Positions 45,504 through 58,409 of a DNA stretch of 64,000 nucleotides are shown one piece after another (the first letter of the stretch is position 1; every line of letters begins with the position of its first letter). The translations under genes and the position numbers were made by a program. The stretch lies in assembly GCF_009914755.1 (NCBI RefSeq), contig NC_060939.1, one strand, 5' to 3'. The DNA is from the human T2T-CHM13v2.0 reference genome, Homo sapiens. The notes under the pieces are model-generated. The model was not told the origin of the DNA. It did not search any database and saw nothing but the letters and a program-made list of their open reading frames with translations.

Positions 45504-48500
45504 GATTAGGAAACCTGCAGCTCCCAGGGGCCCCTACTAATGTTCTAACTCGCAGAAGGAAGGAGTGTGTGTGCGTGTGTGCGTGTGCGTGTGTGTGTGT
45601 GTGTGTGCTTGTGTGTGTGCGGTGTGAGGTATGTGCCCCTTAAGAAAATGGAAATCAACCAACCAATGAGACAGAGAGACAGACAGACAGACAGAGATTC
45701 ACTTGCCCAAGTGTTCTGTCCTGTCCTCTGAATCCGCTTTCAAGTCGCAAGACGCTGTGAGCTCCAAGTCCACGCAGAGTCCGCCAAACGCTCCGGCCGC
45801 TGATCCGCTCCGCGAAGATCTGAGTACAGGCCAGCCAGGGTGGGTTTAAATAGCCTCGGGCGCAGCCTAGCAGCGGAAAGGGCGGAGCTTCACTCCTCCT
45901 TTCCATCAGTCACCCCCAACTTTCCCAGGCTACACCTCGTAGGAAACTGTTCTCCTGCTTTGATTTCATGCGCCACCTTTGGGACAATCTAAGAACTTAC
46001 AGGTTTTCTTGGCCAGATTTATTAGGAATTGTATGCACTGAAACACTGAAAACCAACTAGTGGTTCTGTGCTTCCCACGTTGTGGTTTTGACACCAGCAG
46101 CATCCTTGCCACAATCAAACCCCGGAGATCCGCAGATCTGTGTTGTAACAAGACCTCCCCCTGACCCTGAAGCATGGCAGTTGAAGAAGTCTTTCCGTGT
46201 AAGCGAAAAGACTTTGAAGAAAAGGTGGAGATATGCGTTGTATAAACATTCTTTTGCTCTGGAACCACGTAGAGACTTGGGAGCCAGATGGGTGGAGCAT
46301 TATTTGGATGAGGGTGCTCGGGTTAGGAATATCAAGGTGTGGCTCCAGATAATCCAATCATCTAATTAAGATTCCAGTTATGCTCATCTGTTTTAAAATT
46401 CCGTTTGGGTAAATTCCTTTAGTCAGACTGAGAATGGCAAAGCCTCAACCCCAATTTCCAGGGAGGGTGGAGAGCCTCAGGTGGAGTTGATCACCAATAC
46501 CCTATGGTTTAACCCATCATGCCTATAGAATGAGGTCTCCATCAAAACCCAAAAGGACTGGGTTCAGAGAGCTTCTGGATAACACTTCCTGGAAGGTAGT
46601 GCGCCCCTCCCCACATGGCGGGCCCCACATTTATTTCTGAACTTTGTGCAATGTCCGCTAAAATACAACGGCAAATGTAAGTGTTTCCCTGCGTGCTGTG
46701 AGCTCTTCCAGCAAATGAATGCAACTAAATCTGGGAGTGGTGGCAACCTGATTTATAGCCAGTTGCTGAGAAGTACAGGTAAAACAACTTAGGGCTTCCC
46801 ATTGTTATTGGTGTGGGAGGCCTGTCTGGCGGGACTCGGCCCTTTGGAATCTAATGCTATGTCCCGATAGATAGCGTCACCATTGAATTAGAAGACACAC
46901 ATATGTGGAGAATAATCTTTCTGGTCATTTGCTGCATGTCTTATTTACAATATGTAATCAAATTCTTTATCCTGACCTTATGGCACCTGGGTTTGAACCA
47001 AACGTTGGTCTGTCACTTTCTGAGTTTGAAACTTTATTTTGCCTTTAGCGTTTTGCTATTGCTTTTTCGTTTTCTTTTGTTTCGTTTCGTTTCTAAGTTC
47101 TGGGGTATATGTGCAGGATGTGCAGATTTGTTAGTAAGGTAAACGTGTGCCATGGTGGTTTGCTGCACCTGTCAACCCGTCACTTAGGTATTAAGCCCAG
47201 CATGCAGTAGCTGTTTTTCTTAACGCTCTGCCTCCCGAAAGGCCCCAGTGTGTGTTGTTCCCCTTCCTGTGTCCATGGGATCTCACTTTTCAGCTCCCAT
47301 TATAAGTGAGAAGGTGGCGTTTGGTTTTCTTTCCCTGGATTAGTTTGCTGACGATAATGACCACACATCACCACTGTTTTTGTTTTTTAGTATAAAGAGT
47401 AGTATTTTATTGAATAAGATTTGCTCACAGAAAAATAAGCTTAAATCTACAATGAATGCCAGACCCTACAGCAGAAAGCAATTTTCTCACTTTTCCACAC
47501 ACAATGGTTCCTACTAAGTGAAAAAAAAGCCATAAAATTTCATTCACAAATGTACTACTCTGTCTCAAAACATCTCACGTAATCATGCACTGTACTAAAG
47601 CCATCAGATCAGTTCTTCAGTCAGGTTAAAGAAGTATCCCTCTAATAACTGACTCTTATAATGCTATCAATATCCACTCCCAATCAGTCTGCCATTGTTA
47701 ATGGTGTACAGCATTACTGAATACAACGGAATTGATGACGCCCATATCCACAGACAAACCGTGACTTATGATGGTTTGATTTATGATTTTTCAACGTTAT
47801 GATGGGTTTATTGGAATATTAGATTCGTTTCTGAGTTACACTGGGTTTATGAGTATGCGACCCTACACTCCAGAAACAGCTGTATAAGGAAAAACAGGTG
47901 TACCTAATAAAAATATGCTTAGTGACTTGGGATAAACCAATAGATGTTCACAAGTGATGGAGAGCCGTGAAAGAGAGATAGCGGTAAATAGTTACAATAA
48001 CACAATTTTCCTGCACCTGTCGAGGATTTCCCCCAAAAAACGCAGAATGTGGGATGCACCTAAGGCATATGAAAGAGAGAGGGCGGAAGGAGTAAGAGAG
48101 AAATAGGAGGAAGGGAGGAAGGAAGCAAGGAAGAAAGGAAGGAAGGAAAGAACGAAGGTAGGAAGGAAGGAAGGAAGGAAGGAAGGAAGGAAGGAAGGAA
48201 GGAAGGAAAGGAGGATGAAAGGAAGGAGAAAACACCGGTGTTACTAAAACCCCCCAAAAAATGGTTTCCCCCTGTGGGTAAGCCTACAATGTGGATGAAT
48301 CTTGAAAATATTGTGCTACGTGTTATGTCAGTCATAGCAGCTCACCTATTGTGCAATTCCGTTTATAGGAAATGTCCACAATATGGAAATCTATGCATAT
48401 GGGATTGATCGCACTAGGTAGTTGCTACCTAGGGCTGAGGGTCAGGGAGAGGGTTTGAGACAGAATGAGGAGTGACTAATGTCTACAGGGTCTTTCTCTG

Positions 48501-48824
48501 GTCGGGGGTGATAAGACGTTTTACAATGGATTGCGAATTAAAATTGAATGTGCACAACCACAGGTATACTAAAAGCCACTCAATTCATGACCTTTAATGG
48601 GGGAATCTTACGTGGCGTAGTCTCATGGAGACCACGGCAGACATAGTGAGAAAGAAAAAGGTGAGTAAATATCTGAAACGGAGGCAGAAACAGAGAGAAT
48701 GAAAAGCCCTGTGAATGAAAGGGAGAGCGAAAAGGGAAAATGGTCCTATTTACAAATGACAGATGTGAAACTGGGGTTCACATCAACAGTGTCACTGCCA
48801 GGAAGGAGGGTCATGCTAGCCATG

Positions 48825-51806
48825 TCACCGGTAGTGTGGCCCGCAGGGACGCCGACCTGCTGGAGCGTCGTGCCAGCATGGGCTGTGGCAACCACGTGGG
48901 CCAGCAGGAGGTTCCCGCTGCACAGCTGTGGGGTGAGGATAGACTGGGTGGTGATATCGGCCATTACAGGGGCCTCTTCTGCTGGCAAGAGTGTGACAGT
49001 AGCAAGTAGATGGACAGGCCTGCGTGTGAGGACGGAATGCAGGAGGGGTTCTTGTGCGCCTGGGTGTGGGGCCCTCACGGGAACCGTGGAGAAATGGCCA
49101 GGTAACTGCGTCATGTGGGCTAGTAGATTGGCCAGGGCTTCGAACTGAAGGACGATAATGGGGAGTAGCTGTCAGGCCCTGGGAGTGCCTGAGTGTAAGT
49201 GGAGATGGGTTTGGGGTCACTGAGGGATGCGTGGGAGCCATCCCTGTATAGGTACAGGTCATAGGGAGATAGTCTCGTGAGGCCTGTGAGTGTCTAGGGT
49301 TGTCCTGGGTGCCTGGGGCTGACTGTGGCAGAAATCTGGGGAAGGCTGGAGAGAAGCTGGGAGACCCAGGAGAGTCCCTGAAGGCAGGGGGTGAAGAGGT
49401 GAAAGAAATGGGGGAGGGTTGCAGTAAGGTCCGTGAGTTTGTAGGTGATTCCTGGGTGCGGGAAGCTGACTCCAGGTGAAATCTGGAGATGGTTGGAGAG
49501 TAGCTGAGAGAGACAGAAGAGTCCCTGAGGGCTGGGGGTGAGAACATGAGGGAGACGGGGGAGTAAGTCAGTGAAATTCGTGAGTTCGGTGGTGTATCGT
49601 GGGTGCCTGGAACTGACTCCAGCTGGAATCTAGAGAAGTTTTGAGAGTAGCTGAAGGAGACACAAGAGTCCCTGTGGGCTGAGGGCAAAGACCTGAGAGA
49701 GACCAGGGAGGACCTCAGTGAAGTCTGTGAGTCTGTAGGTGATTCCGGAGTGTGGGAGGCTGACTCCCGCTGAAATCTGGGCGTAGTGGGAGAGTAGCTG
49801 GGACAGACAGGAGAGTCCCAGGGGGCTGGGGGTGAAGACATGAGAGAGACTGGGGAGTAACTCAGTGAAATTGCTGAGTTGGTTGGTGATACCTGGGTGC
49901 CTGGAACTGACCCCCGCTGAAATCTGGGCATGGTTGGAGAGTAGCTGGGACACACAGGAGAGTTCCTGAGGGCTGGGGGTGAAGACATGAGCGAGACCGG
50001 GGAGTAACTGAGTGAAACTGGTGAGTTTGGTGGTGACTCCGGGGTGCCTGGAACTGACTCCAGCTGAAATGTGGGCGTGGTTGGAGAGTAGCTGGGACAG
50101 ACAGGAGAGTCCCTGAGGACTGGTGAAGACATGAGAGAGACTGGAGAGTAATTGAGTGAAATTGGTGAGTTTGGTGGTGATTCCTGGGTGCCTGGAACTG
50201 ACTCCCGCTGAAGTGTGGGCATGGTTGGAGAGTAGCTGGGACACACAGGAGAGTCCCTGAGGGTTGGAGATAAAGACGTGCTAGAGACTGAGGAGTAACT
50301 GAGTGAAATTGGTGAGTTTGGTGGTGATTCCGGGGTGCCTGGCACGGACTCCAGCTGAAATGTGGGCGTGGTTGGAGAGTAGCTGGGACAGACGGGAGAG
50401 TCCCTGAGGGATGGTGAAGACATGAGAGAGACTGGGGAGTAACGCAGTGAAATTGGTGAGTTTGGTGGTGATTTCTGGGTGCCTGCAACGGACTCCCGCT
50501 GAAGTGTGGGCGTGCTTGGAGAGTAGCTGGGACAGACAGGCGAGTCCCTGAGGGTTGGAGATAAAGACGTGCTGGAGACTGGGGAGTAACTCAGTGAAAG
50601 TGGTGGGCTTGGTGGTGATCCCAGGGTTCCTGGAACTGACCCGCGCTGAAATGTGGGCGTGGTTGGAGAGTAGCTGGGACAGACTGGAGGGTCCGTAAGG
50701 GCTGGGGGTGAAGACGTGAGAGAGACTGGCGAGGATCTCACTGAGGTCTGTGAGTTTGTAGGTGTTTCTGGGGTGTGGGGTACAGACTCCCGCTGAAATC
50801 TGGGCGTAGTTGGAGAGTAGCTGGGACAGACAGGAGAGTCATGGGTGGCTGGGGGTGAGCTGCTGGATGATGGCAGTAAGAACATATGGTACATTATTGA
50901 TGAATGAGGTGACTGTGAAGAATCTCCAGAGGAGGACACGGGAGAACACAATGACATGAGTGACTGTCCTGCTTGGTTAGGAAAGGGAAACGTAAAGTTG
51001 TGGAATTCTGTTGATGATGGATGTGAGAGTGGTGAAGCCCTGCGGGATGATGTAGAGGACTTCCACATCCCTGGTGAGGAGCTGCCCCTTGGGTCTGAGT
51101 TTCTGGGAGGGGAGAGGGAGAAGCTGGGTGAGGCAGGCATGAATCTTGAGGAGTCAGGGCTGGGGGACCGCTCATATTCTCCCGAGACCTGTGAGTCTCT
51201 GGGGGACTCCTGGGTGCATGGGGCTGGCTCCCGCAGGAACCTGGGCATGGCTGGAGAGTAACTGGGAGCCACAGGAGGGTCCCTGAGGCCTGGGGGTGAA
51301 GAGATGCAAGACACAGGGGTGGAGCAGCCTGAGGCTCGTGAGTTTGTAGGTGATTCCTGGGTGTGGGGGGCTGACTCCAGCTGAAATCTGGGGTTGTTTG
51401 GAGAGTAGCTGGGAGACACAGGAGAACCCCCGAGAGCTGGGGGTGAGCTGCTGGGTGATGGCAGTAAGAACATGTGGTATATTATTGATGAACGTGGGGA
51501 CTCTGAGGAGTCCTCAGAGGAGGACACGGCAGAGCCCAATGGCTTCATTGATTGCCCATCACGGTGAGGACAGGGAAATGGGAGATTGTGGGATTCTGGT
51601 GATGACAGAGGTGAGTGTGGTGAAGCCCTAGGGGATGGTGAATGGTAGTTCCGGATCCCTGGTGAGGAGCTTCCCCTTAAGCCTGAGTTTCTGAGAGGGG
51701 AGAGGGAGAAGCTGGGTGAGGCTCGCATGGACATTGGGGTGTCCGTGCTGCGGGACCGTTCATAAGAAGAGCCAGACAAGACCCTACTGTTCTTAGGTGC
51801 AGACAT
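48825..51806 (-). CDS. CTD-like repeat protein, short form (993 aa), copy 9
   Basis: Intact ATG-TGA ORF. Confidence 0.65.
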   Translation of the reverse strand: MSAPKNSRVLSGSSYERSRSTDTPMSMRASPSFSLSPLRNSGLRGSSSPGIRNYHSPSPRASPHSPLSSPESHNLPFPCPHRDGQSMKPLGSAVSSSEDSSESPRSSIIYHMFLLPSPSSSPPALGGSPVSPSYSPNNPRFQLESAPHTQESPTNSRASGCSTPVSCISSPPGLRDPPVAPSYSPAMPRFLREPAPCTQESPRDSQVSGEYERSPSPDSSRFMPASPSFSLSPPRNSDPRGSSSPGMWKSSTSSRRASPLSHPSSTEFHNFTFPFPNQAGQSLMSLCSPVSSSGDSSQSPHSSIMYHMFLLPSSSSSPPATHDSPVCPSYSPTTPRFQRESVPHTPETPTNSQTSVRSSPVSLTSSPPALTDPPVCPSYSPTTPTFQRGSVPGTLGSPPSPPLSLSYSPVSSTSLSPTLRDSPVCPSYSPSTPTLQRESVAGTQKSPPNSPISLRYSPVSLMSSPSLRDSPVCPSYSPTTPTFQLESVPGTPESPPNSPISLSYSSVSSTSLSPTLRDSPVCPSYSPTMPTLQRESVPGTQESPPNSPISLNYSPVSLMSSPVLRDSPVCPSYSPTTPTFQLESVPGTPESPPNSPVSLSYSPVSLMSSPPALRNSPVCPSYSPTMPRFQRGSVPGTQVSPTNSAISLSYSPVSLMSSPPAPWDSPVCPSYSPTTPRFQRESASHTPESPTDSQTSLRSSLVSLRSLPSAHRDSCVSFSYSQNFSRFQLESVPGTHDTPPNSRISLTYSPVSLMFSPPALRDSSVSLSYSPTISRFHLESASRTQESPTNSRTLLQPSPISFTSSPPAFRDSPGSPSFSPAFPRFLPQSAPGTQDNPRHSQASRDYLPMTCTYTGMAPTHPSVTPNPSPLTLRHSQGLTATPHYRPSVRSPGQSTSPHDAVTWPFLHGSREGPTPRRTRTPPAFRPHTQACPSTCYCHTLASRRGPCNGRYHHPVYPHPTAVQREPPAGPRGCHSPCWHDAPAGRRPCGPHYR

Positions 51807-54800
51807 GATTAGGAAACCTGCAGCTCCCAGGGGCCCCTACTAATGTTCTAACTCGCAGAAGGAAGGAGTGTGTGTGCGTGTGTGCGTGTGCGTGTGTGTG
51901 TGTGTGTGTGCTTGTGTGTGTGCGGTGTGAGGTATGTGCCCCTTAAGAAAATGGAAATCAACCAACCAATGAGACAGAGAGACAGACAGACAGACAGAGA
52001 TTCACTTGCCCAAGTGTTCTGTCCTGTCCTCTGAATCCGCTTTCAAGTCGCAAGACGCTGTGAGCTCCAAGTCCACGCAGAGTCCGCCAAACGCTCCGGC
52101 CGCTGATCCGCTCCGCGAAGATCTGAGTACAGGCCAGCCAGGGTGGGTTTAAATAGCCTCGGGCGCAGCCTAGCAGCGGAAAGGGCGGAGCTTCACTCCT
52201 CCTTTCCATCAGTCACCCCCAACTTTCCCAGGCTACACCTCGTAGGAAACTGTTCTCCTGCTTTGATTTCATGCGCCACCTTTGGGACAATCTAAGAACT
52301 TACAGGTTTTCTTGGCCAGATTTATTAGGAATTGTATGCACTGAAACACTGAAAACCAACTAGTGGTTCTGTGCTTCCCACGTTGTGGTTTTGACACCAG
52401 CAGCATCCTTGCCACAATCAAACCCCGGAGATCCGCAGATCTGTGTTGTAACAAGACCTCCCCCTGACCCTGAAGCATGGCAGTTGAAGAAGTCTTTCCG
52501 TGTAAGCGAAAAGACTTTGAAGAAAAGGTGGAGATATGCGTTGTATAAACATTCTTTTGCTCTGGAACCACGTAGAGACTTGGGAGCCAGATGGGTGGAG
52601 CATTATTTGGATGAGGGTGCTCGGGTTAGGAATATCAAGGTGTGGCTCCAGATAATCCAATCATCTAATTAAGATTCCAGTTATGCTCATCTGTTTTAAA
52701 ATTCCGTTTGGGTAAATTCTTTTAGTCAGACTGAGAATGGCAAAGCCTCAACCCCAATTTCCAGGGAGGGTGGAGAGCCTCAGGTGGAGTTGATCACCAA
52801 TACCCTATGGTTTAACCCATCATGCCTATAGAATGAGGTCTCCATCAAAACCCAAAAGGACTGGGTTCAGAGAGCTTCTGGATAACACTTCCTGGAAGGT
52901 AGTGCGCCCCTCCCCACATGGCGGGCCCCACATTTATTTCTGAACTTTGTGCAATGTCCGCTAAAATACAACGGCAAATGTAAGTGTTTCCCTGCGTGCT
53001 GTGAGCTCTTCCAGCAAATGAATGCAACTAAATCTGGGAGTGGTGGCAACCTGATTTATAGCCAGTTGCTGAGAAGTACAGGTAAAACAACTTAGGGCTT
53101 CCCATTGTTATTGGTGTGGGAGGCCTGTCTGGCGGGACTCGGCCCTTTGGAATCTAATGCTATGTCCCGATAGATAGCGTCACCATTGAATTAGAAGACA
53201 CACATATGTGGAGAATAATCTTTCTGGTCATTTGCTGCATGTCTTATTTACAATATGTAATCAAATTCTTTATCCTGACCTTATGGCACCTGGGTTTGAA
53301 CCAAACGTTGGTCTGTCACTTTCTGAGTTTGAAACTTTATTTTGCCTTTAGCGTTTTGCTATTGCTTTTTCGTTTTCTTTTGTTTCGTTTCGTTTCTAAG
53401 TTCTGGGGTATATGTGCAGGATGTGCAGATTTGTTAGTAAGGTAAACGTGTGCCATGGTGGTTTGCTGCACCTGTCAACCCGTCACTTAGGTATTAAGCC
53501 CAGCATGCAGTAGCTGTTTTTCTTAACGCTCTGCCTCCCGAAAGGCCCCAGTGTGTGTTGTTCCCCTTCCTGTGTCCATGGGATCTCACTTTTCAGCTCC
53601 CATTATAAGTGAGAAGGTGGCGTTTGGTTTTCTTTCCCTGGATTAGTTTGCTGACGATAATGACCACACATCACCACTGTTTTTGTTTTTTAGTATAAAG
53701 AGTAGTATTTTATTGAATAAGATTTGCTCACAGAAAAATAAGCTTAAATCTACAATGAATGCCAGACCCTACAGCAGAAAGCAATTTTCTCACTTTTCCA
53801 CACACAATGGTTCCTACTAAGTGAAAAAAAAGCCATAAAATTTCATTCACAAATGTACTACTCTGTCTCAAAACATCTCACGTAATCATGCACTGTACTA
53901 AAGCCATCAGATCAGTTCTTCAGTCAGGTTAAAGAAGTATCCCTCTAATAACTGACTCTTATAATGCTATCAATATCCACTCCCAATCAGTCTGCCATTG
54001 TTAATGGTGTACAGCATTACTGAATACAACGGAATTGATGACGCCCATATCCACAGACAAACCGTGACTTATGATGGTTTGATTTATGATTTTTCAACGT
54101 TATGATGGGTTTATTGGAATATTAGATTCGTTTCTGAGTTACACTGGGTTTATGAGTATGCGACCCTACACTCCAGAAACAGCTGTATAAGGAAAAACAG
54201 GTGTACCTAATAAAAATATGCTTAGTGACTTGGGATAAACCAATAGATGTTCACAAGTGATGGAGAGCCGTGAAAGAGAGATAGCGGTAAATAGTTACAA
54301 TAACACAATTTTCCTGCACCTGTCGAGGATTTCCCCCAAAAAACGCAGAATGTGGGATGCACCTAAGGCATATGAAAGAGAGAGGGCGGAAGGAGTAAGA
54401 GAGAAATAGGAGGAAGGGAGGAAGGAAGCAAGGAAGAAAGGAAGGAAGGAAAGAACGAAGGTAGGAAGGAAGGAAGGAAGGAAGGACGGAAGGAAGGAAG
54501 GAAGGAAGGAAGGAAGGAAAGGAGGATGAAAGGAAGGAGAAAACACCGGTGTTACTAAAACCCCCCAAAAAATGGATTCCCCCTGTGGGTAAGCCTACAA
54601 TGTGGATGAATCTTGAAAATATTGTGCTACGTGTTATGTCAGTCATAGCAGCTCACCTATTGTGCAATTCCGTGTATAGGAAATGTCCACAATATGGAAA
54701 TCTATGCATATGGGATTGATCGCACTAGGTAGTTGCTACCTAGGGCTGAGGGTCAGGGAGAGGGTTTGAGACAGAGTGAGGAGTGACTAATGTCTACAGG

Positions 54801-55135
54801 GTCTTTCTCTGGTCGGGGGTGATAAGACGTTTTACAATGGATTGCGAATTAAAATTGAATGTGCACAACCACAGGTATACTAAAAGCCACTCAATTCATG
54901 ACCTGTAATGGGGGAATCTTACGTGGCGTAGTCTCATGGAGACCACGGCAGACATAGTGAGAAAGAAAAAGGTGAGTAAATATCTGAAACGGAGGCAGAA
55001 ACAGAGAGAATGAAAAGCCCTGTGAATGAAAGGGAGAGCGAAAAGGGAAAATGGTCCTATTTACAAATGACAGATGTGAAACTGGGGTTCACATCAACAG
55101 TGTCACTGCCAGGAAGGAGGGTCATGCTAGCCATG

Positions 55136-58100
55136 TCACCGGTAGTGTGGCCCGCAGGGACGCCGACCTGCTGGAGCGTCGTGCCAGCATGGGCTGTGGC
55201 AACCACGTGGGCCAGCAGGAGGTTCCCGCTGCACAGCTGTGGGGTGAGGATAGACTGGGTGGTGATATCGGCCATTACAGGGGCCTCTTCTGCTGGCAAG
55301 AGTGTGACAGTAGCAAGTAGATGGACAGGCCTGCGTGTGAGGACGGAATGCAGGAGGGGTTCTTGTGCGTCTGGGTGTGGGGCCCTCACGGGAACCGTGG
55401 AGAAATGGCCAGGTAACTGCGTCATGTGGGCTAGTAGATTGGCCAGGGCTTCGAACTGAAGGACGATAATGGGGAGTAGCTGTCAGGCCCTGGGAGTGCC
55501 TGAGTGTAAGTGGAGATGGGTTTGGGGTCACTGAGGGATGCGTGGGAGCCATCCCTGTATAGGTACAGGTCATAGGGAGATAGTCTCGTGAGGCCTGTGA
55601 GTGTCTAGGGTTGTCCTGGGTGCCTGGGGCTGACTGTGGCAGAAATCTGGGGAAGGCTGGAGAGAAGCTGGGAGACCCAGGAGAGTCCCTGAAGGCAGGG
55701 GGTGAAGAGGTGAAAGAAATGGGGGAGGGTTGCAGTAAGGTCCGTGAGTTTGTAGGTGATTCCTGGGTGCGGGAAGCTGACTCCAGGTGAAATCTGGAGA
55801 TGGTTGGAGAGTAGCTGAGAGAGACAGAAGAGTCCCTGAGGGCTGGGGGTGAGAACATGAGGGAGACGGGGGAGTAAGTCAGTGAAATTCGTGAGTTCGG
55901 TGGTGTATCGTGGGTGCCTGGAACTGACTCCAGCTGGAATCTAGAGAAGTTTTGAGAGTAGCTGAAGGAGACACAAGAGTCCCTGTGGGCTGAGGGCAAA
56001 GACCTGAGACAGACCAGGGAGGACCTCAGTGAAGTCTGTGAGTCTGTAGGTGATTCCGGAGTGTGGGAGGCTGACTCCCGCTGAAATCTGGGCGTGGTGG
56101 GAGAGTAGCTGGGACAGACAGGAGAGTCCCAGGGGGCTGGGGGTGAAGACGTGAGAGAGACTGGGGAGTAACTCAGTGAAATTGCTGAGTTGGTTGGTGA
56201 TACCTGGGTGCCTGGAACTGACCCCCGCTGAAATCTGGGCATGGTTGGAGAGTAGCTGGGACACACAGGAGAGTCCCTGAGGGCTGGGGGTGAAGACATG
56301 AGCGAGACCGGGGAGTAACTGAGTGAAACTGGTGAGTTTGGTGGTGACTCCGGGGTGCCTGGAACTGACTCCAGCTGAAATGTGGGCGTGGTTGGAGAGT
56401 AGCTGGGACAGACAGGAGAGTCCCTGAGGACTGGTGAAGACATGAGAGAGACTGGAGAATAATTGAGTGAAATTGGTGAGTTTGGTGGTGATTCCTGGGT
56501 GCCTGGAACTGACTCCCGCTGAAGTGTGGGCGTGGTTGGAGAGTAGCTGGGACACACAGGAGAGTCCCTGAGGGTTGGAGATAAAGACGTGCTAGAGACT
56601 GAGGAGTAACTGAGTGAAATTGGTGAGTTTGGTGGTGATTCCGGGGTGCCTGGAACGGACTCCAGCTGAAATGTGGGCGTGGTTGGAGAGTAGCTGGGAC
56701 AGACGGGAGAGTCCCTGAGGGATGGTGAAGACATGAGAGAGACTGGGGAGTAACGCAGTGAAATTGGTGAGTTTGGTGGTGATTTCTGGGTGCCTGCAAC
56801 GGACTCCCGCTGAAGTGTGGGCGTGCTTGGAGAGTAGCTGGGACACACAGGAGAGTCCCTGAGGGTTGGAGATAAAGACGTGCTAGAGACTGAGGAGTAA
56901 CTGAGTGAAATTGGTGAGTTTGGTGGTGATTCCGGGGTGCCTGGCACGGACTCCAGCTGAAATGTGGGCGTGGTTGGAGAGTAGCTGGGACAGACGGGAG
57001 AGTCCCTGAGGGATGGTGAAGACATGAGAGAGACTGGGGAGTAACGCAGTGAAATTGGTGAGTTTGGTGGTGATTTCTGGGTGCCTGCAACGGACTCCCG
57101 CTGAAGTGTGGGCGTGCTTGGAGAGTAGCTGGGACAGACAGGCGAGTCCCTGAGGGTTGGAGATAAAGACGTGCTGGAGACTGGGGAGTAACTCAGTGAA
57201 AGTGGTGGGCTTGGTGGTGATCCCAGGGTTCCTGGAACTGACCCGCGCTGAAATGTGGGCGTGGTTGGAGAGTAGCTGGGAGAGACTGGAGGGTCCGTAA
57301 GGGCTGGGGGTGAAGACGTGACAGAGACTGGCGGGGATCTCACTGAGGTCTGTGAGTTTGTAGGTGTTTCTGGGGTGTGGGGTACAGACTCCCGCTGAAA
57401 TCTGGGCGTAGTTGGAGAGTAGCTGGGACAGACAGGAGAGTCATGGGTGGCTGGGGGTGAGCTGCTGGATGATGGCAGTAAGAACATATGGTACATTATT
57501 GATGAATGAGGTGACTGTGAAGAATCTCCAGAGGAGGACACGGGAGAACACAATGACATGAGTGACTGTCCTGCTTGGTTAGGAAAGGGAAACGTAAAGT
57601 TGTGGAATTCTGTTGATGATGGATGTGAGAGTGGTGAAGCCCTGCGGGATGATGTAGAGGACTTCCACATCCCTGGTGAGGAGCTGCCCCTTGGGTCTGA
57701 GTTTCTGGGAGGGGAGAGGGAGAAGCTGGGTGAGGCAGGCATGAATCTTGAGGAGTCAGGGCTGGGGGACCGCTCATATTCTCCCGAGACCTGTGAGTCT
57801 CTGGGGGACTCCTGGGTGCATGGGGCTGGCTCCCGCAGGAACCTGGGGATGGCTGGAGAGTAACTGGGAGCCACAGGAGGGTCCCTGAGGCCTGGGGGTG
57901 AAGAGATGCAAGACACAGTGGTGGAGCAGCGTGAGGCTCGTGAGTTTGTAGGTGATTCCTGGGTGTGGGGGGGCTGACTCCAGCTGAAATCTGGGGTTGT
58001 TTGGAGAGTAGCTGGGAGACACAGGAGACCCCCCGAGAGCTGGGGGTGAGCTGCTGGGTGATGGCAGTAAGAACATGTGGTATATTATTGATGAACGTGG

Positions 58101-58409
58101 GGACTCTGAGGAGTCCTCAGAGGAGGACACGGCAGAGCCCAATGGCTTCATTGATTGCCCATCACGGTGAGGACAGGGAAATGGGAGCTTGTGGGATTCT
58201 GGTGATGACAGAGGTGAGTGTGGTGAAGCCCTAGGGGATGGTGAATGGTAGTTCCGGATCCCTGGTGAGGAGCTTCCCCTTAAGCCTGAGTTTCTGAGAG
58301 GGGAGAGGGAGAAGCTGGGTGAGGCTCGCATGGACCTTGGGGTGTCCGTGCTGGGGGACCGTTCATAAGAAGAGCCAGACAAGACCCTACTGTTCTTAGG
58401 TGCAGACAT
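55136..58409 (-). pseudogene. CTD-like repeat gene copy 10, long form, +1 frameshift giving a truncated 211-aa product
   Basis: G7 at 57967-57973 versus G6 in other copies; the ORF is split into 57774..58409 and 55136..57916, and the latter has a non-ATG start. Confidence 0.65.
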
